Below, piece after piece: positions 10,214 through 21,884 of a DNA stretch of 64,000 nucleotides. The position numbers and the translations under genes were made by a program. Position 1 is the first letter of the stretch. Each line of letters begins with the position of its first letter. Below the pieces are notes generated by a model. That model was not told the origin of the DNA. It saw only the letters and a list, made by a program, of their open reading frames with translations, and made no database searches. The stretch comes from Anaeromyxobacteraceae bacterium (lineage in GTDB: Bacteria; Myxococcota; Myxococcia; Myxococcales; Anaeromyxobacteraceae), in contig JASGHJ010000002.1 of NCBI GenBank assembly GCA_047602405.1, positions 64,001-128,000 on the forward strand, in the 5' to 3' direction.

Positions 10214-10432
10214 CTACTCCACGAGCGACGTCGCGGGCACGGCGAGCGCCCTCGCGATGCTGAGGACCAGCGTGATCGGCGGGTTCCGGTGGCCTCGCTC
10301 GAGGACCGACACGTAGGCGGTGGAGATGCCGAGGGTGGACCCGAGCTGGGCCTGGGTGATGCCGAGGGACCTGCGCGCGAGGCTGAGCCGGGTGCCGAAC
10401 GCCACCAGCAGCGGATCTTTCCGAGCGGGCAT
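10214..10432 (-). CDS. XRE/Cro-type helix-turn-helix regulator (72 aa)
   Basis: FGTRLSLARRSLGITQAQLG…ISTAYVSVLERGHRNP, classic HTH_3 pattern. Confidence 0.88.
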   Translation of the reverse strand: MPARKDPLLVAFGTRLSLARRSLGITQAQLGSTLGISTAYVSVLERGHRNPPITLVLSIARALAVPATSLVE

Positions 10433-10567
10433 GCGGAGGGCAGTGTACTGCGGGCGAATGAGTAAATCGACTAGAGATAACGGGGGACCCGGAGGGGAGC
10501 GCCGCCTGGCGGCGGGTCGGCCGGAGGGACCGGCGAGCTCGCCATCCTTCCCGTATAGGATGCCTCG

Positions 10568-11560
10568 ATGGCCGTCCGCTTCGACTCCCTCCGCGTGCTC
10601 GAGGCCGCGTACTCGGCGGAGGCGGACGAGGGTGCGTGGCTCCGCGGGATCGTCTCCGAGTTCGAGCCGCTCGCGCGGGGCGGCGGCGTCTTCGCGGCGA
10701 GCTTCCGCATCCAGGCCGACCGCATGACGCGCCTCGAGATCGCCGCGACGCCGGGCGTCCTGATGCCCCCGGCCCGGGAGATGCGCGCGTTCTGGCTGAG
10801 CTCGCCGTTCCCGCTCGTGCGCACCTGGTTCGAGCCGGTGCCCCCCGTCGACACGATGCTCGCCCGGCTCCGGCGCTCCGGCGCCTCGATGGACGAGCAG
10901 CCCGTCCGGTTCTTCTCGGCGCTCGGCGTCGCCGACATCATCGGGATCCTGGGGCTCGATCCCGCGGGGCATGGCGTTCACGTCTCGCTGCCGGCGACGT
11001 CGCGCGTCCACCTCTCGCCTCGGGCGCAGCACCGGCTCCAGCTCGTCTCCGCTCACCTGGCCGCCGCCCGCCGCCTGCGCGCCTCCGTGAGCCGCGACGT
11101 GGAGGCGGTGCTCGATCCGTCCGGCCGGGTGGAGCACGCCGTGGGGGAGGCCCGCGCCCCCGCGGCGCGCCAGGGGCTCGCCACCGCCGTCATCCGGGTG
11201 GAGCGGGCCCGTGGTCGCCTCCGGCGGGAGGAGCCGGACGGCGCGCTCGCGCTCTGGCGCGGCCTCGTGGACGGCCGGTGGTCGCTCGTCGACCACGTCG
11301 AGGCCGACGGCCGGCGCGTGATCCTGGCGCGCCGGAACCCGACCGGCGTGCGCGACCCGCGCGCGCTCTCGGCCCGCGAGCGCGACGTCCTCGCCTACGT
11401 GGCGCAGGGCCACGGCAACAAGCAGGTCGCCTACGCGCTCGGGCTGTCGAAGACCACCGTCGCCGCCCACCTCCGCCGGGCCGTCGCGAAGCTCGGCCTG
11501 CGCACCCGGCGGGACGCGATCCGGCTGTTCGAGGCGGACGGCGACGGGGACGGGCGCTGA
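10568..11560 (+). CDS. LuxR-family C-terminal HTH transcriptional regulator
   Basis: C-terminal LSARERDVLAYVAQGHGNKQVAYALGLSKTTVAAHLRRAVAKLG. Confidence 0.88.
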   Translation: MAVRFDSLRVLEAAYSAEADEGAWLRGIVSEFEPLARGGGVFAASFRIQADRMTRLEIAATPGVLMPPAREMRAFWLSSPFPLVRTWFEPVPPVDTMLARLRRSGASMDEQPVRFFSALGVADIIGILGLDPAGHGVHVSLPATSRVHLSPRAQHRLQLVSAHLAAARRLRASVSRDVEAVLDPSGRVEHAVGEARAPAARQGLATAVIRVERARGRLRREEPDGALALWRGLVDGRWSLVDHVEADGRRVILARRNPTGVRDPRALSARERDVLAYVAQGHGNKQVAYALGLSKTTVAAHLRRAVAKLGLRTRRDAIRLFEADGDGDGR

Positions 11561-11796
11561 GCTCAGGTGTCCGGGTAGCGCTCCTCCCGTGCGCGAGGGT
11601 CGGCGACGCGGCAGGCGCTCGTTTGTCCAGCCACGGAGGGTTGCGAGCCGGAATCGGACGGCCGGGCACGCCGCCGTGCGTCACCCGCGGATAGGACGAG
11701 ACGAACACCGTGGGGGGCGTAAACTGCCCTTTGGTGCTCCCCGCGAGCGACACGCCTCGTGAAGTCGCGCCGGCCCGCACGGCGGCCGGGGGTCGG

Positions 11797-13048
11797 ATGC
11801 CTCCGCTCTACGTGAGGCTGGGCGTGGGCCTGGGGGCGCTCGGCTACGGCACCCTGGTCGGCATCAATCTCGTCCTCGGCGGCGTCAATCCCTGGGAGGC
11901 CTTCGCGGCCCTCGGCTTCGCGACCGCCTTTGCCCTGTCCTTCCGCGACCCGCTGCGCGCGGGTGCGCTCGCGCTGATGATCGGGCTCGGCGAGACGCTC
12001 TCGAGCTTCGCGGCCTACGGCATCCTCAGTGGGTCGGGGCTGGTCCTCCCGGTCCTCGTCACGATGGCCGGGCTGCTCCTGGGCGAGCGCGCGGCGCTCG
12101 TGATGGGCGCGCTGGCCGGGCTGGGGGCGGGAGCCGCGGCCATCGTGTTCCGGCCGGCGGGGCAGTTGTTCACGCGCGACGAGCTCGAGCGGTTCGTCGT
12201 CATCGGCCTCACGGTCGGCGTCAGCGCGGTCCTCACCTACGCCGCCGTGCGAAGCCACCGCAAGGCGCTCGCGCAATCGGAGGCGGCGCGGCTGAGGACG
12301 ATCCGCGAGGCCTCCGAGCGGCGGGCGCTCGAGCTGCAGCTGCAGCACGCCCAGCGGCTCGAGACGATGGGGCTCATGGCGGGCGGGGTCGCGCACGACT
12401 TCAACAACATGCTCGCGGCCATCGCGGGGAACGCCGACTTCCTCCTGGAGCGCGAGGACGAGGAGGTCCGCGGAGATCGCCCGCGAGATCGTGACGATCC
12501 AGCATCGGGGAACGGCGCTCACGCGGCAGCTCCTGGCGTTCGCGAGGCGCGACGTCCACCGGCCGGAGCGGGTCGACCTCTGCCGGGCGGTGCACGGCAT
12601 GACGCGGCTCCTCGAGCGCATCCTCGGGCGGGAGCACGCCCTCGAGGTCGAGGCCCACGTCGAGGCGTTCGTCGTCGCGGACCTCGCGCAGATCGAGCAG
12701 GTGGTCGCGAACCTCGTCTCCAACGCGCGGGATGCGAGCCCTCCCGGACTTCCCGTGGCGATCCGTGTCTCCCGCCTCGGCCGGGAAGCCGCGAGCGCGC
12801 TGGGCTCCACCCTCGAAGGCGACGTGGCGATGCTCGAGGTGGTCGACCGCGGGGCCGGAGTCCCGCCGGAGGCCCGCGACCGCATCTTCGAGCCCTTCTT
12901 CACCACGAAGCCGCGCGACCAGGGCACGGGCCTCGGCCTGTCGATGGTGCACGGGATCGTCGGCCAGAGCGGCGGCCAGGTCCTGTTCGAGAGCGTCCAG
13001 GGGCTGGGGACGACCTTCCGGGTCTTCCTCCCGCTCGCGCCCGGGTGA
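11797..13048 (+). CDS. Membrane sensor histidine kinase, split by a +1 frameshift near 12470
   Basis: Multi-TM N-terminus and [12 protein letters not shown]-box in one frame; TRQLLAF…NARDA…EPFFTTK…GTGLGL in the next frame; removing one base at ~12469-12473 restores a continuous EEVxEIAREIV reading. Confidence 0.82.
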
Positions 13049-13213
13049 GATCGGCCGGACCTCCAGCCGGGCGAGCCGTGGCCTCCTCGCTGGCCTCCAC
13101 CGCCGGGCGCGCCGGGCTCCGGAACAAGGCCGCCTCGCGAGCCGTTCGTCTCGGAGGGAGCTCCGTCCGGAGCTGTCCGGCACGCTTCCACACGTTCGAC
13201 TGGCCCGCTGCTG

Positions 13214-14623
13214 ATGACCGTCCATTCTGCCGGCAGGGTGCCCCGGGCGGACGCCGCCGCCCGCCGGGTCCAGCGATGGGTCCCGATCGCGTACGCCGCG
13301 GTGGCGTCGGCGTGGATCGCGGGCAGCGATCTCGCGCTGCGCCTCGTGTCGCACACGCCGGGCGAGTACGTGATCGGCTCGGTCGCGAAGGGCCTCGCGT
13401 TCGTGGCCGTGACCGCGATGGCCCTGCACGTCGTGCTCCGCCGCGCCCTGGCCGGCCAGCGGCGGGCGTTCGAGTCCCTCGAGCGCGCGACGGCGGCGCT
13501 GCGCGGGTCCGACGAGCGCAAGGAGAGGGTGATCGGGATCCTCTCGCACGAGCTCCGGAACCCGCTGGCCTCCATGCGGCAGGCGACCTGGCTGCTCGAG
13601 CACGGCGCCCCGGGCGACGCCCGGCACGGGAAGGCGCTCGAGACGCTCGGCAGGCAGCTGCTCCACCTCACGCGCCTCACCGACGATCTCTTCGACCTCT
13701 CGCTCCTGACGCACGGGCGGGCCAGGTTCGAGCGGGCGCGCGTCGACCTCTGCAAGGTCCTCGGGGCGGCCATCCAGGATCACGAGCGCCTGTTCGCCTC
13801 CAGGGGCATCGCGGTCGCCACGGTGTGCCCGGAGCTCCCGCTCTGGGTCGAGGGGGATGCCATCCGCCTCGGGCAGGCGCTCGCGAACATCCTCTGGAAC
13901 GCCGCGAAGTTCACCCCGTCCGGCGGCCACATCCGGGCGGAGGTGACGCGGGCGCCCGGCATGACCGCGGTCATCCGCGTGACGGACGACGGCGTCGGCG
14001 TGCCGCCGGAGCTCCTCCGCACGATCTTCGAGCCCTTCACGCAGGCGGACCGCAGCCTGGACCGCAGCCACGGGGGGCTGGGGGTGGGGCTCGCGATCGT
14101 GAGGTCGGTCGCGGCAGCGCACGGCGGCTCCGTCGTGGCGAGGAGCGACGGCCCAGGCCGTGGCACCCAGCTCGAGCTCACCTTGCCGCTCGCGAGCGAG
14201 GCCGCCGCCGTGGACGGCGCTCGCTCGCTCCAGCCCGCGCACCGGCATCACCGGGTGCTGGTGATCGAGGACAACCTGGACGCGGCGACGACGCTGAGGG
14301 ATCTGCTCCTCATGTGGAATCACGAGGTCGAGCTCGCGCACGACGGGGTCGAAGGGATCGCGAAGGCGCGGGCCTTCCTGCCCACCGTGGTGCTGTGCGA
14401 CCTCGGGCTCCCGGGCCTCGACGGGTACGAGGTCGCGCGTGCAATCCGTCGTCTCCCGGAGCTCTCGGGGGCGTTCCTCGTCGCGGTGACGGGCTACGCC
14501 TCCACGGAGGACGCGCGTCGCGCGGCCAGCGCGGGCTTCGATCGCCACGTGGGCAAGCCGGTCCCCGTGCACGTCTTCGAGGAGGTCCTCGCGACCGTGC
14601 CTGCCGCGGGCCCGCTGCACTGA
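13214..14623 (+). CDS. Hybrid histidine kinase with short two-TM N-terminus
   Basis: IAYAAVASAWIAGSD…KGLAFVAVTA membrane module; LSHELRNPL; receiver IEDN…CDLGLPG. Confidence 0.9.
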   Translation: MTVHSAGRVPRADAAARRVQRWVPIAYAAVASAWIAGSDLALRLVSHTPGEYVIGSVAKGLAFVAVTAMALHVVLRRALAGQRRAFESLERATAALRGSDERKERVIGILSHELRNPLASMRQATWLLEHGAPGDARHGKALETLGRQLLHLTRLTDDLFDLSLLTHGRARFERARVDLCKVLGAAIQDHERLFASRGIAVATVCPELPLWVEGDAIRLGQALANILWNAAKFTPSGGHIRAEVTRAPGMTAVIRVTDDGVGVPPELLRTIFEPFTQADRSLDRSHGGLGVGLAIVRSVAAAHGGSVVARSDGPGRGTQLELTLPLASEAAAVDGARSLQPAHRHHRVLVIEDNLDAATTLRDLLLMWNHEVELAHDGVEGIAKARAFLPTVVLCDLGLPGLDGYEVARAIRRLPELSGAFLVAVTGYASTEDARRAASAGFDRHVGKPVPVHVFEEVLATVPAAGPLH

Positions 14624-14662
14624 GCGCCGGGGCGGCGGCGTGCGTCGCCGCGGCCGACGGGG

Positions 14663-15316
14663 TCAGCGGCGGGTGCGCAGGAACACGCCGAGGGCCGCGT
14701 CCGCTCCCATGATGTGCCAGCGGAGCCACTCGACGAGCCAGGCCCTGGTCCTCCGGGACAGGTGCTCGGTCGGCCCGCGCGTCAGGACCTCCTGGTTCAG
14801 GGCGGTGAAGTCGCGGATGAACTTCGAGTGCTGGGCGAGGTGGCCCGCGTAGCCGGGGTACGCGCGGTCCCTCATCAGCCGCTCCTCCTCCGTGAAGTGG
14901 TCAATCACGTAGGCCCCGAGGAAGTCCATGAGGCTGTTCGTGTCGGGGCGCTCCCGGCGCGACATCGCCTGATGCAGCGCCTCGATGCGCGCGAAGATCT
15001 GCCGGTGCTGCCCGTCGATCGTGGCGTGGCCGGTGAGCAACGCGGGCGACCACGCAGGTGGGTCGCCGGGGAGCGGTGAGCCCTGCGCCTCCGCCTCGTC
15101 GAAGCCGTTGGTCCGGGCGCACCGCGGGCAGACGAACACCACGCCGGCGATGCGCGGCTTCACCTCGGCGGAGGCGAGGACGTGCCCGCACCCTCCGCAC
15201 GTATAGTGAATGAGGGAGGGGTTCGACGGGTCGAGCGGCACGTCGGGGCGGCGTAGTATGACCGTCGAGACCATCGGACGTTCCGACACGAGTTTCAGGG
15301 GGATCCGCTGAGGCAT
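14663..15316 (-). CDS. Bacteriohemerythrin with N-terminal CxxC/CxxC zinc-ribbon-like domain
   Basis: Hemerythrin ligands IDGQH, HFTEEE, HLAQH, WLRWHIMGAD; N-terminal CGGC…CPRC. Confidence 0.85.
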   Translation of the reverse strand: MPQRIPLKLVSERPMVSTVILRRPDVPLDPSNPSLIHYTCGGCGHVLASAEVKPRIAGVVFVCPRCARTNGFDEAEAQGSPLPGDPPAWSPALLTGHATIDGQHRQIFARIEALHQAMSRRERPDTNSLMDFLGAYVIDHFTEEERLMRDRAYPGYAGHLAQHSKFIRDFTALNQEVLTRGPTEHLSRRTRAWLVEWLRWHIMGADAALGVFLRTRR

Positions 15317-15505
15317 GCGGGCCGAGTCTACGGGGGGCGAGGTCCCCCGGCGGATGCGACCAACCGCCGCGGACCGGACGTGCGAGCCGGGGGACCGATC
15401 GGCCCGGCGCCCTCGCGCCGCGATGGCGGCCCCTTCCGGGCGTCGCTGCCGACGCCGACGCTGGGTAATCGCGAGTCGGCCGGCGGAATCCGGCGGAGGT
15501 GACGG

Positions 15506-16598
15506 ATGGAAGGTTCCCGGGGCGGCGGAGCGCACGGCAGGCGGCGGTTCCTCGCGCGGGCGCTGGGCGGTGCCTCCGCGCTGGCAGCATCCCTGAAGGG
15601 CTTCGGGTCCGCGCGCGCCGCCGACGCGCCCCGGCGCGCGCCGGCGACAGCGCGCGGGCTCATCGACGTGCACCATCACCACGTGCCGCCGTTCTGGCTC
15701 GCGGAGAACAGGGAGCGGATCGTCGCCTCGTTCGGCGGCAAGATCAGCCCGGCCTACGATACGTGGTCGCCTGCCAGGGCGGTCGAGGCGATGGACCAGG
15801 CGGGGATCGAGGTGGCGGTCCTGTCGCTCACCACCCCGGGCGTCTGGTTCGGCGACGCGGCCGCGTCGCGGACCCTCTCGCGCCGTGCCAACGACTACGC
15901 CGCCGAGCTGGGCCGGAGTCACCCCGGCCGCTTCGGCCTCTTCGCCGCCGTCCCGCTCCCGGACCCGGAGGGCAGCCTGCGCGAGGTCGAGTACGCGCTC
16001 GACGTGTTGAAGGCCGATGGCATCGGCGTCCTCACGAGCTACGGCGACCGGTGGCTCGGGGATCCCGCCTTCGAATCCGGTGCTCGCGGAGCTCGACCGC
16101 CGCAAGGCGGTGGTGTTCGTCCACCCGACCATCCCGGCGTGCTGCCGGACCCTCCTGCCCGACGTCCGCCCGGTGATGACCGAGATCCCGCAGGACACCG
16201 GCCGCGCCATCGCCAACCTGCTGTACACCGGCGCCCTCGTCCGCTTCAGGAACATCCGGTTCATCTTCGCGCACGCGGGCGGTACGGCGCCCGTGCTCTA
16301 CGGCCGGATGCTCCAGTATCCGCCGCAGGACCTCGCGTCGAAGGCCCCCGACGGCATCGAGGCCGAGCTCCGGCGACTCCACTACGACGTCGCCGCGACG
16401 GCCTACCGGCCGGCGCTCGCCGCCCTGACGAGCCTCGTCCCGACCTCGCAGATCCTGCTCGGCACCGACAATCCGTTCTCGCCCGCCGTGGACACGGTGC
16501 GTGGGCTCCGCACGAACGGCTTCTCGGAGGCGGAGCTGCGCGCGATCGGTCGCGAGAACGCCCTCGCGCTGCTGCCACGGCTGAGCCGGGCCACCTGA
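15506..16598 (+). CDS. Tat-exported amidohydrolase family 2 protein, split by a +1 frameshift at ~16074
   Basis: RRRFL Tat motif, IDVHHH metal motif; second frame VFVHPT…FAHAGG…LLGTDNPF. Confidence 0.85.
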
Positions 16599-16657
16599 GC
16601 GGGCGGGCCTCGTCCGGCGCGAGATCTCGGGCCGCCGATCGAGATGCGCCGCGGCGA

Positions 16658-17401
16658 CTACCGTTCCACCGGGGCGGAGCCTTCGACCGCGGGGCGCGCG
16701 GGGCCGCGCCCCGACCTTGCCGCCGTGGTGATGGAGAGCGCCGGCTCGCCCTCGAGGCGCTTCGTGCTGTCCACGCGGCTCCGCTCGCCCAGGCTGCCCA
16801 GCAGGGCGCGCGCGGCGAGGTCGGTCGGCCCGCGCAGCGCGGGGTGGTCCGCCATCCGGAGCGCGCGCTCCACGGGCAGCCCCCGCGCCCAGAGCGCGAG
16901 GAAGAGCGGCGTCTCGGTGGCGCCCGTGGCGTTCACCCCCACGGCCCCGACGCAGGCGCGGAAGCCGGCCCCGCGCAGCGCCAGGGCGTGGCTCGCCGCG
17001 TGGCAGGCGGTCGAGTAGGCGAGCCGGGGCTCGAGCGCCGGGGCGCTCGCGACGGCGGCCGCGAATGCCTCGATGCCGGCGTCGCCGTCCGCGAGCACCA
17101 GGCCGCCGGCCTCGCCGTGCACGTTCACGAACAGGTCGAGCGCGCGCGGCTGGCCGCCCTCGGCGAGCCGGCGAACCGCCTCGGCGACGCCCGCGAGCGT
17201 GGCCTCCGGACCGCGGAGGACCACCGCGGCGTCGTAGGCCCGGCCGAGGCGCCGGGCGAGCCACGCCGTCGCGGCGTCCAGCAGCCGGTACAGCCACCGG
17301 AGGCGGCGAGGACCACCGGCCGCGAGCGCGGTGATGGCGAGGAGGGCGCGGTCGGTGCGCGGCACCTCCGGGTTCTGCCGCGCCCGGGACCTGCGCGCCA
17401 C
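16658..17401 (-). CDS. Hypothetical protein with caspase/CHAT-like His-Gly and Ala-Cys motifs
   Basis: LDLFVNVHGEAGGLVL…PRLAYSTACH…GAGFRACVG pattern; start uncertain. Confidence 0.5.
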   Translation of the reverse strand: MARRSRARQNPEVPRTDRALLAITALAAGGPRRLRWLYRLLDAATAWLARRLGRAYDAAVVLRGPEATLAGVAEAVRRLAEGGQPRALDLFVNVHGEAGGLVLADGDAGIEAFAAAVASAPALEPRLAYSTACHAASHALALRGAGFRACVGAVGVNATGATETPLFLALWARGLPVERALRMADHPALRGPTDLAARALLGSLGERSRVDSTKRLEGEPALSITTAARSGRGPARPAVEGSAPVER

Positions 17402-17538
17402 CCCCGCCGTGGACGTCGGCGAGGCCCTTGCTCACGCGGGGGGCCTCGGCGCTGCGTCAAAGGGCCGTAGGCATCGAGCCGGGGGTTGCACTTCCGCGCC
17501 CGGCCGCGTTCCATGCTGGCGTGTCCCGGAGGACTCCG

Positions 17539-18015
17539 ATGCGCCACCGCTCGCCCGTGATGCTCGCCGCCGCCATGTCCGTCGCGCTCGCCGCCTGCGG
17601 CTCCGACGTCAGGTTCGACGACCCCGGCTACGCGGGCACATGGACGGGCACGAAGTACTTCTACGCGCCGGACGGGACGCTCTCGGGCTCGGCTCCCGGG
17701 TGGTACGTCGAGCTCACCGTCGAGGGCCGCCACCTCCGGATCACGCGCGGGCCGACCGCGTCCGTCGCCGCCGACGGCTCGCTCGTCGTGGACCGGTACG
17801 AGTATCCCGCCACGTATCCACCCGGCCCGCCTGGCCACTGCGCGCCCTGGTACGACGTCGTGACCGGCGGGACGGGGCGGCTCGTGGGCGCGGACGCGCT
17901 CGAGCTCACGCTCGAGTGGACGCAGACCTGCGACGGCAGCACGCACCCGTACACGGGGAAGTACGTGCTGACCCGGCTCGCGTCGATGCCGCCGGCCTAC
18001 GTCCCGATGCCATGA
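17539..18015 (+). CDS. Hypothetical lipoprotein
   Basis: GGAGG RBS; signal ending in lipobox LAAC; beta-rich mature part with one Cys pair. Confidence 0.7.
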   Translation: MRHRSPVMLAAAMSVALAACGSDVRFDDPGYAGTWTGTKYFYAPDGTLSGSAPGWYVELTVEGRHLRITRGPTASVAADGSLVVDRYEYPATYPPGPPGHCAPWYDVVTGGTGRLVGADALELTLEWTQTCDGSTHPYTGKYVLTRLASMPPAYVPMP

Positions 18016-18043
18016 CGGGCGGGCCGCGGGGCGGCCCCGCCGC

Positions 18044-19448
<1,405 letters not shown>

Positions 19449-19505
19449 GGGGGGAGGATTTACCACGGCCCCATCCGTGCCGCGCAACCGTTCGCGGGCC
19501 GTCGC

Positions 19506-20513
19506 ATGCTGAACCCCGTGGTCACCGTCACCCATCCAGAGAAGATCCTCTTCCCGGACGCGGGCATCACGAAGGGCGAGCTCTGCGCGTACTACCAGGC
19601 CGCCGCGCCCGCGATGCTGCCGCACGTGCGCGGGAGGCCGGTGACCATGGAGCGGTTCCCCGCCGGCATCGACAAGAAGGGCTTCATCCAGAAGGACGTC
19701 TCGAAGGGCTTCCCGGAGTGGCTCGAGCGCGTCGAGGTCGAGCGGCGCGACGAGGACGTGGGCGGGACGGTGCACTACCCGCTCGCGAACGACGCGCGGG
19801 CGCTCGTCTGGCTCGCGAACCAGAACTCGGTGACCCCGCACGTCTGGGTCTCGCGGGTGCCGGCGCTCGACCGGCCGGACCTGTGCGTGTTCGATCTCGA
19901 TCCGTCGAGCGAGGATCCCGCGGCGCTCCGCAAGGCCGCGCTCGCGGTGCGCGTGCTCCTCGACGAGCTCGGGCTGCCCTCGTACGTGAAGACCTCGGGC
20001 TCGAAGGGCTTCCACATCGTGGTCCCGCTCGAGGACGACGGGGAACCCGCCGGCGCCGAGCGCGCCTGGCGCCTCGGCCTCGGCGCCGGCCGGGTCCTCG
20101 TGAGACGCCACCCGGCGCTCCTCACGCAGGAGTTCATCAAGGCCGACCGCGGCGGCCGCATCTTCGTGGACACGGGGCGGAACGTGCCGGGCGCGACGTT
20201 CGCCGCGGTCTACGCCGTGCGCGCGCGGCCGGGCGCGCCGGTCTCGGCGCCGTGCACCTGGGCCGAGGTCGAGTCCGGCGCCGTCGGCCCGCGCACGTTC
20301 ACCCTGCGCACGATGGCGGCGCGGCTCTCGGAGGTGGGGGAGCTGTGGTCGGACCTGGATGCCAGAAGGGTCACGCTCCGCGACGCGTCGGCGCGGCTCG
20401 ATGCCTTGCTCACCGAGGCCGACTGGGCCGAGGCGCGGGCCGCGGTGACGCGCAGGCCCGTCTCTCGAAACGCCGTCTCGCGCCGGCCGCCGACCGGCAA
20501 GCGCGGCGCCTGA
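19506..20513 (+). CDS. LigD-type DNA polymerase/primase domain protein (stand-alone)
   Basis: THPEKILFP…MERFPAGI…FIQK, VFDLDP, KTSGSKGFHI, YAVRARPGAPVSAP. Confidence 0.88.
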   Translation: MLNPVVTVTHPEKILFPDAGITKGELCAYYQAAAPAMLPHVRGRPVTMERFPAGIDKKGFIQKDVSKGFPEWLERVEVERRDEDVGGTVHYPLANDARALVWLANQNSVTPHVWVSRVPALDRPDLCVFDLDPSSEDPAALRKAALAVRVLLDELGLPSYVKTSGSKGFHIVVPLEDDGEPAGAERAWRLGLGAGRVLVRRHPALLTQEFIKADRGGRIFVDTGRNVPGATFAAVYAVRARPGAPVSAPCTWAEVESGAVGPRTFTLRTMAARLSEVGELWSDLDARRVTLRDASARLDALLTEADWAEARAAVTRRPVSRNAVSRRPPTGKRGA

Positions 20514-20594
20514 GGGCGCTCCTCGGCGGGTTCTTGTGGCTGAACGGATGATCAGGTATCGTCGGCCCCATGGGCCTGGCCATGGACCTCGCGC

Positions 20595-21875
20595 GTGCGC
20601 AGCCGCTCCCGGCGCCGAGGATTCTGCTGCCTCGACCTCGACACGTTCTTCGTCTCGGTGGAGCGGCTCCTCGATCCCACGCTCGAGGGCAAGCCGGTCG
20701 TCGTCGGCGGGAAGCCCGGGAGCCGCGGCGTCGTCACGGCCTGCAGCTACGAGGTGCGCCGCCTCGGCGTGAAGTCCGGCATGTCGCTCGTCGAGGCGGG
20801 CAAGCTCGCCCCGGACGCCATCTACCTGCCCGTGCGCCACGACGTCTACGGCACCCACGCCGAGCGCGTGCGGGAGCTCGCCCGGAGGTTCTCGCCGGTG
20901 GTCCTCGTCGCGAGCATCGACGAGATGTACCTCGACCTCTCCGGCTGCGAGCGGCTGTACGGCGGCGCGGCGCCGGCGGGGGCGCGCGCGGGCGACGCGC
21001 CGGGCGACGCGGCCGCGGACGACCGCGCCATCGAGGCCGCGGTGCTGAGGCTGCAGGCCGCGGTGTACGACGAGCTCGGGCTGCCCTCGAGCGCCGGCAT
21101 CGCGACGAGCAAGGTGGTCGCGAAGGTCGCCTCCGCGCTCGCGAAGCCGCGCGGGGTGATGCTCGTGCCCGCCGGCGTGGAGGCCGCCGTGCTCGCGCCG
21201 CTGCCGGTGCGGGCCTTCCCGGGGATCGGCCCCGTCGGCGAGGCGAAGCTCACCGCCGCCGGTTTCCGGACGCTGGGCGAGGTGGCGGCGGCGCCGGTCG
21301 AGGAGCTCGGGAAGATCTTCGGCGCGTGGGCGGCCTCGATCTCCCGCGGCGTGCAGGGACTCGGCTCGGGCGAGCTCGGCCGCGAGCGGCCCGCGTTCTC
21401 GGAGCACGACCCCGAGGGCGAGACCGTCGGCAGCATCTCGAACGAGCGCACCTTCGCCGAGGACGTGAGCGATCCGGCCTCCATCGAGGCCGTGCTGTGC
21501 GGCCTCACCGAGCGCGTCTGCTGGCGCGCGCGCAAGCGCCACGTGAAGGCGCGCACCGTGACGCTGAAGCTCCGGTACGCCGACTTCCACACGCTGACGC
21601 GCTCGCAGACGACGACCGCCACGAGCTCCGAGCTCGAGCTCTACCCGATCGTGAAGGAGATGTTCCTCGCGGCGCGGACGCGGCGCCTGCCGATCCGGCT
21701 GCTCGGCATCCAGCTCTCGAACCTGGGCGTCTCGGAGCAGCTCCCGCTCTTCGATCGCAACGACAAGGTCGGCGCGGTCGTCGACCGCATCCGGGAGCGC
21801 TTCGGGTTCGAGAAGCTCAACCTCGCCACGGCGCAGCGGCCGCGCCGGGCGCCCGGGGCGTCGAGGCGGCCTTGA
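20595..21875 (+). CDS. dinB: DNA polymerase IV (Y-family)
   Basis: LDLDTFFVSVE, CSYEVRRLGVKSGM, SIDEMYLD, SISNERTF, TVTLKLRYADF. Confidence 0.9.
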   Translation: MRSRSRRRGFCCLDLDTFFVSVERLLDPTLEGKPVVVGGKPGSRGVVTACSYEVRRLGVKSGMSLVEAGKLAPDAIYLPVRHDVYGTHAERVRELARRFSPVVLVASIDEMYLDLSGCERLYGGAAPAGARAGDAPGDAAADDRAIEAAVLRLQAAVYDELGLPSSAGIATSKVVAKVASALAKPRGVMLVPAGVEAAVLAPLPVRAFPGIGPVGEAKLTAAGFRTLGEVAAAPVEELGKIFGAWAASISRGVQGLGSGELGRERPAFSEHDPEGETVGSISNERTFAEDVSDPASIEAVLCGLTERVCWRARKRHVKARTVTLKLRYADFHTLTRSQTTTATSSELELYPIVKEMFLAARTRRLPIRLLGIQLSNLGVSEQLPLFDRNDKVGAVVDRIRERFGFEKLNLATAQRPRRAPGASRRP

Positions 21876-21884
21876 CCCCGCACG

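Noticed and set aside
10214..10432. Restriction-modification controller (C) protein
   Set aside because: Size and HTH type fit, but there is no adjacent methyltransferase or endonuclease and no clear C-box.
2920..17500. Integrative element inserted at tRNA-Gly
   Set aside because: No integrase or transposase ORF, and I could not find a duplicated tRNA 3' end (attR) by eye; kept only as an accessory hotspot.
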